From NCBI GenBank assembly GCA_002633005.1, contig NMRA01000194.1:1-64000 (forward strand): a DNA stretch of 64,000 nt, written 5' to 3'. The notes under the pieces are model-generated. The model was not told where the DNA came from, ran no database searches, and saw only the letters and a program-made list of their open reading frames with translations. This DNA comes from Phoronis australis. Lineage: Eukaryota > Animalia > Phoronida. The position numbers and the translations under genes were made by a program. Within the stretch, counting starts at the first letter, position 1. The number at the start of each line of letters is the position of its first letter. Below, one piece after another: positions 63,501-64,000 of the stretch.

Positions 63501-64000
63501 GTAACTTCTACACCTTTGAAAGTTTCCAGACGATTCATCAGATTAATGTCAGCTTTCTCAAATATTACTCAATTGTCAGTGCAATAAAAAATACCTGAAA
63601 ACGTTTTCCAAAAACTTAATACTAAAAAAGGTATATGGACCACTTGTACCTTTTTCCCTAAAAAATATTATTTTGACGAAAAAGGGGTGTCGGGATTCTT
63701 ACCATATTCTGTGCAAAAATGACATAATACCATCGGCTCAAAAGAAATTCGAAGTATTGGGATTTTCGCTATCACAGAAGATGTGGAACTTCTATTATAA
63801 ACTTCCACATGAATGTACGAATGACACAAGCTTAATTTTCTTTCAGTTCCGCTTACTGCATAGAATTCTTCCTACTAACTACTTTTTAAATAAGATAAGA
63901 TACGTGGACTCAAATGCTTGTACTTTTTGTAAATGCTTTCCCGAAACTCTAGAACACTTATTCTTTGATTGTGAATATGTTAATTCTTTCTGGCACGGGG
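60514..64000 (+). pseudogene. L1/Tx1-type ORF2 (APE endonuclease + RT + zf-RVT), multiply disrupted, runs off window
   Basis: NCQGLG, CLQDTH, NLYGPN, GDFN, RLDFFL, SDH; NWRPITLLN, DFEKAFDSV, GCRQGDPLSP, QYADDT; FQFRLLHRILPTN, CTFC...ETLEHLFFDC. Frameshifts near 60680, 60880 and 63370, stops at 61292 and 63596, and further lesions in 61450-61960. Confidence 0.95.

Overview
Eukaryotic animal DNA, probably from a marine invertebrate (inferred from GT-AG introns, gene families and repeat content). No rRNA, intact tRNA or CRISPR array was found. Three host genes are supportable: two spliced CD225/dispanin (IFITM/PRRT-like) paralogues arranged head to head (gene A, minus strand, 20033-19920 + 18576-18262, 142 aa; gene B, plus strand, 39293-39421 + 42377-42697, 149 aa) and a single-exon class A GPCR (53757-54809). 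The rest is a dense set of decayed transposons. These include TTAA-flanked Kolobok-type elements, one present as an inverted pair that keeps the facing N-termini of a THAP protein and a KolX-like protein. There are also several hAT-like MITE families with 5-bp target duplications, a 2.6-kb TG...CA element with ~190-bp TIRs and a 6-bp TSD, and decayed SWIM/YqaJ and HIRAN-like coding remnants. Three non-LTR retrotransposon pieces are present, including an L1/Tx1-type copy from ~58.9 kb to the window end. All family assignments come from reading motifs by eye; no database search was run.
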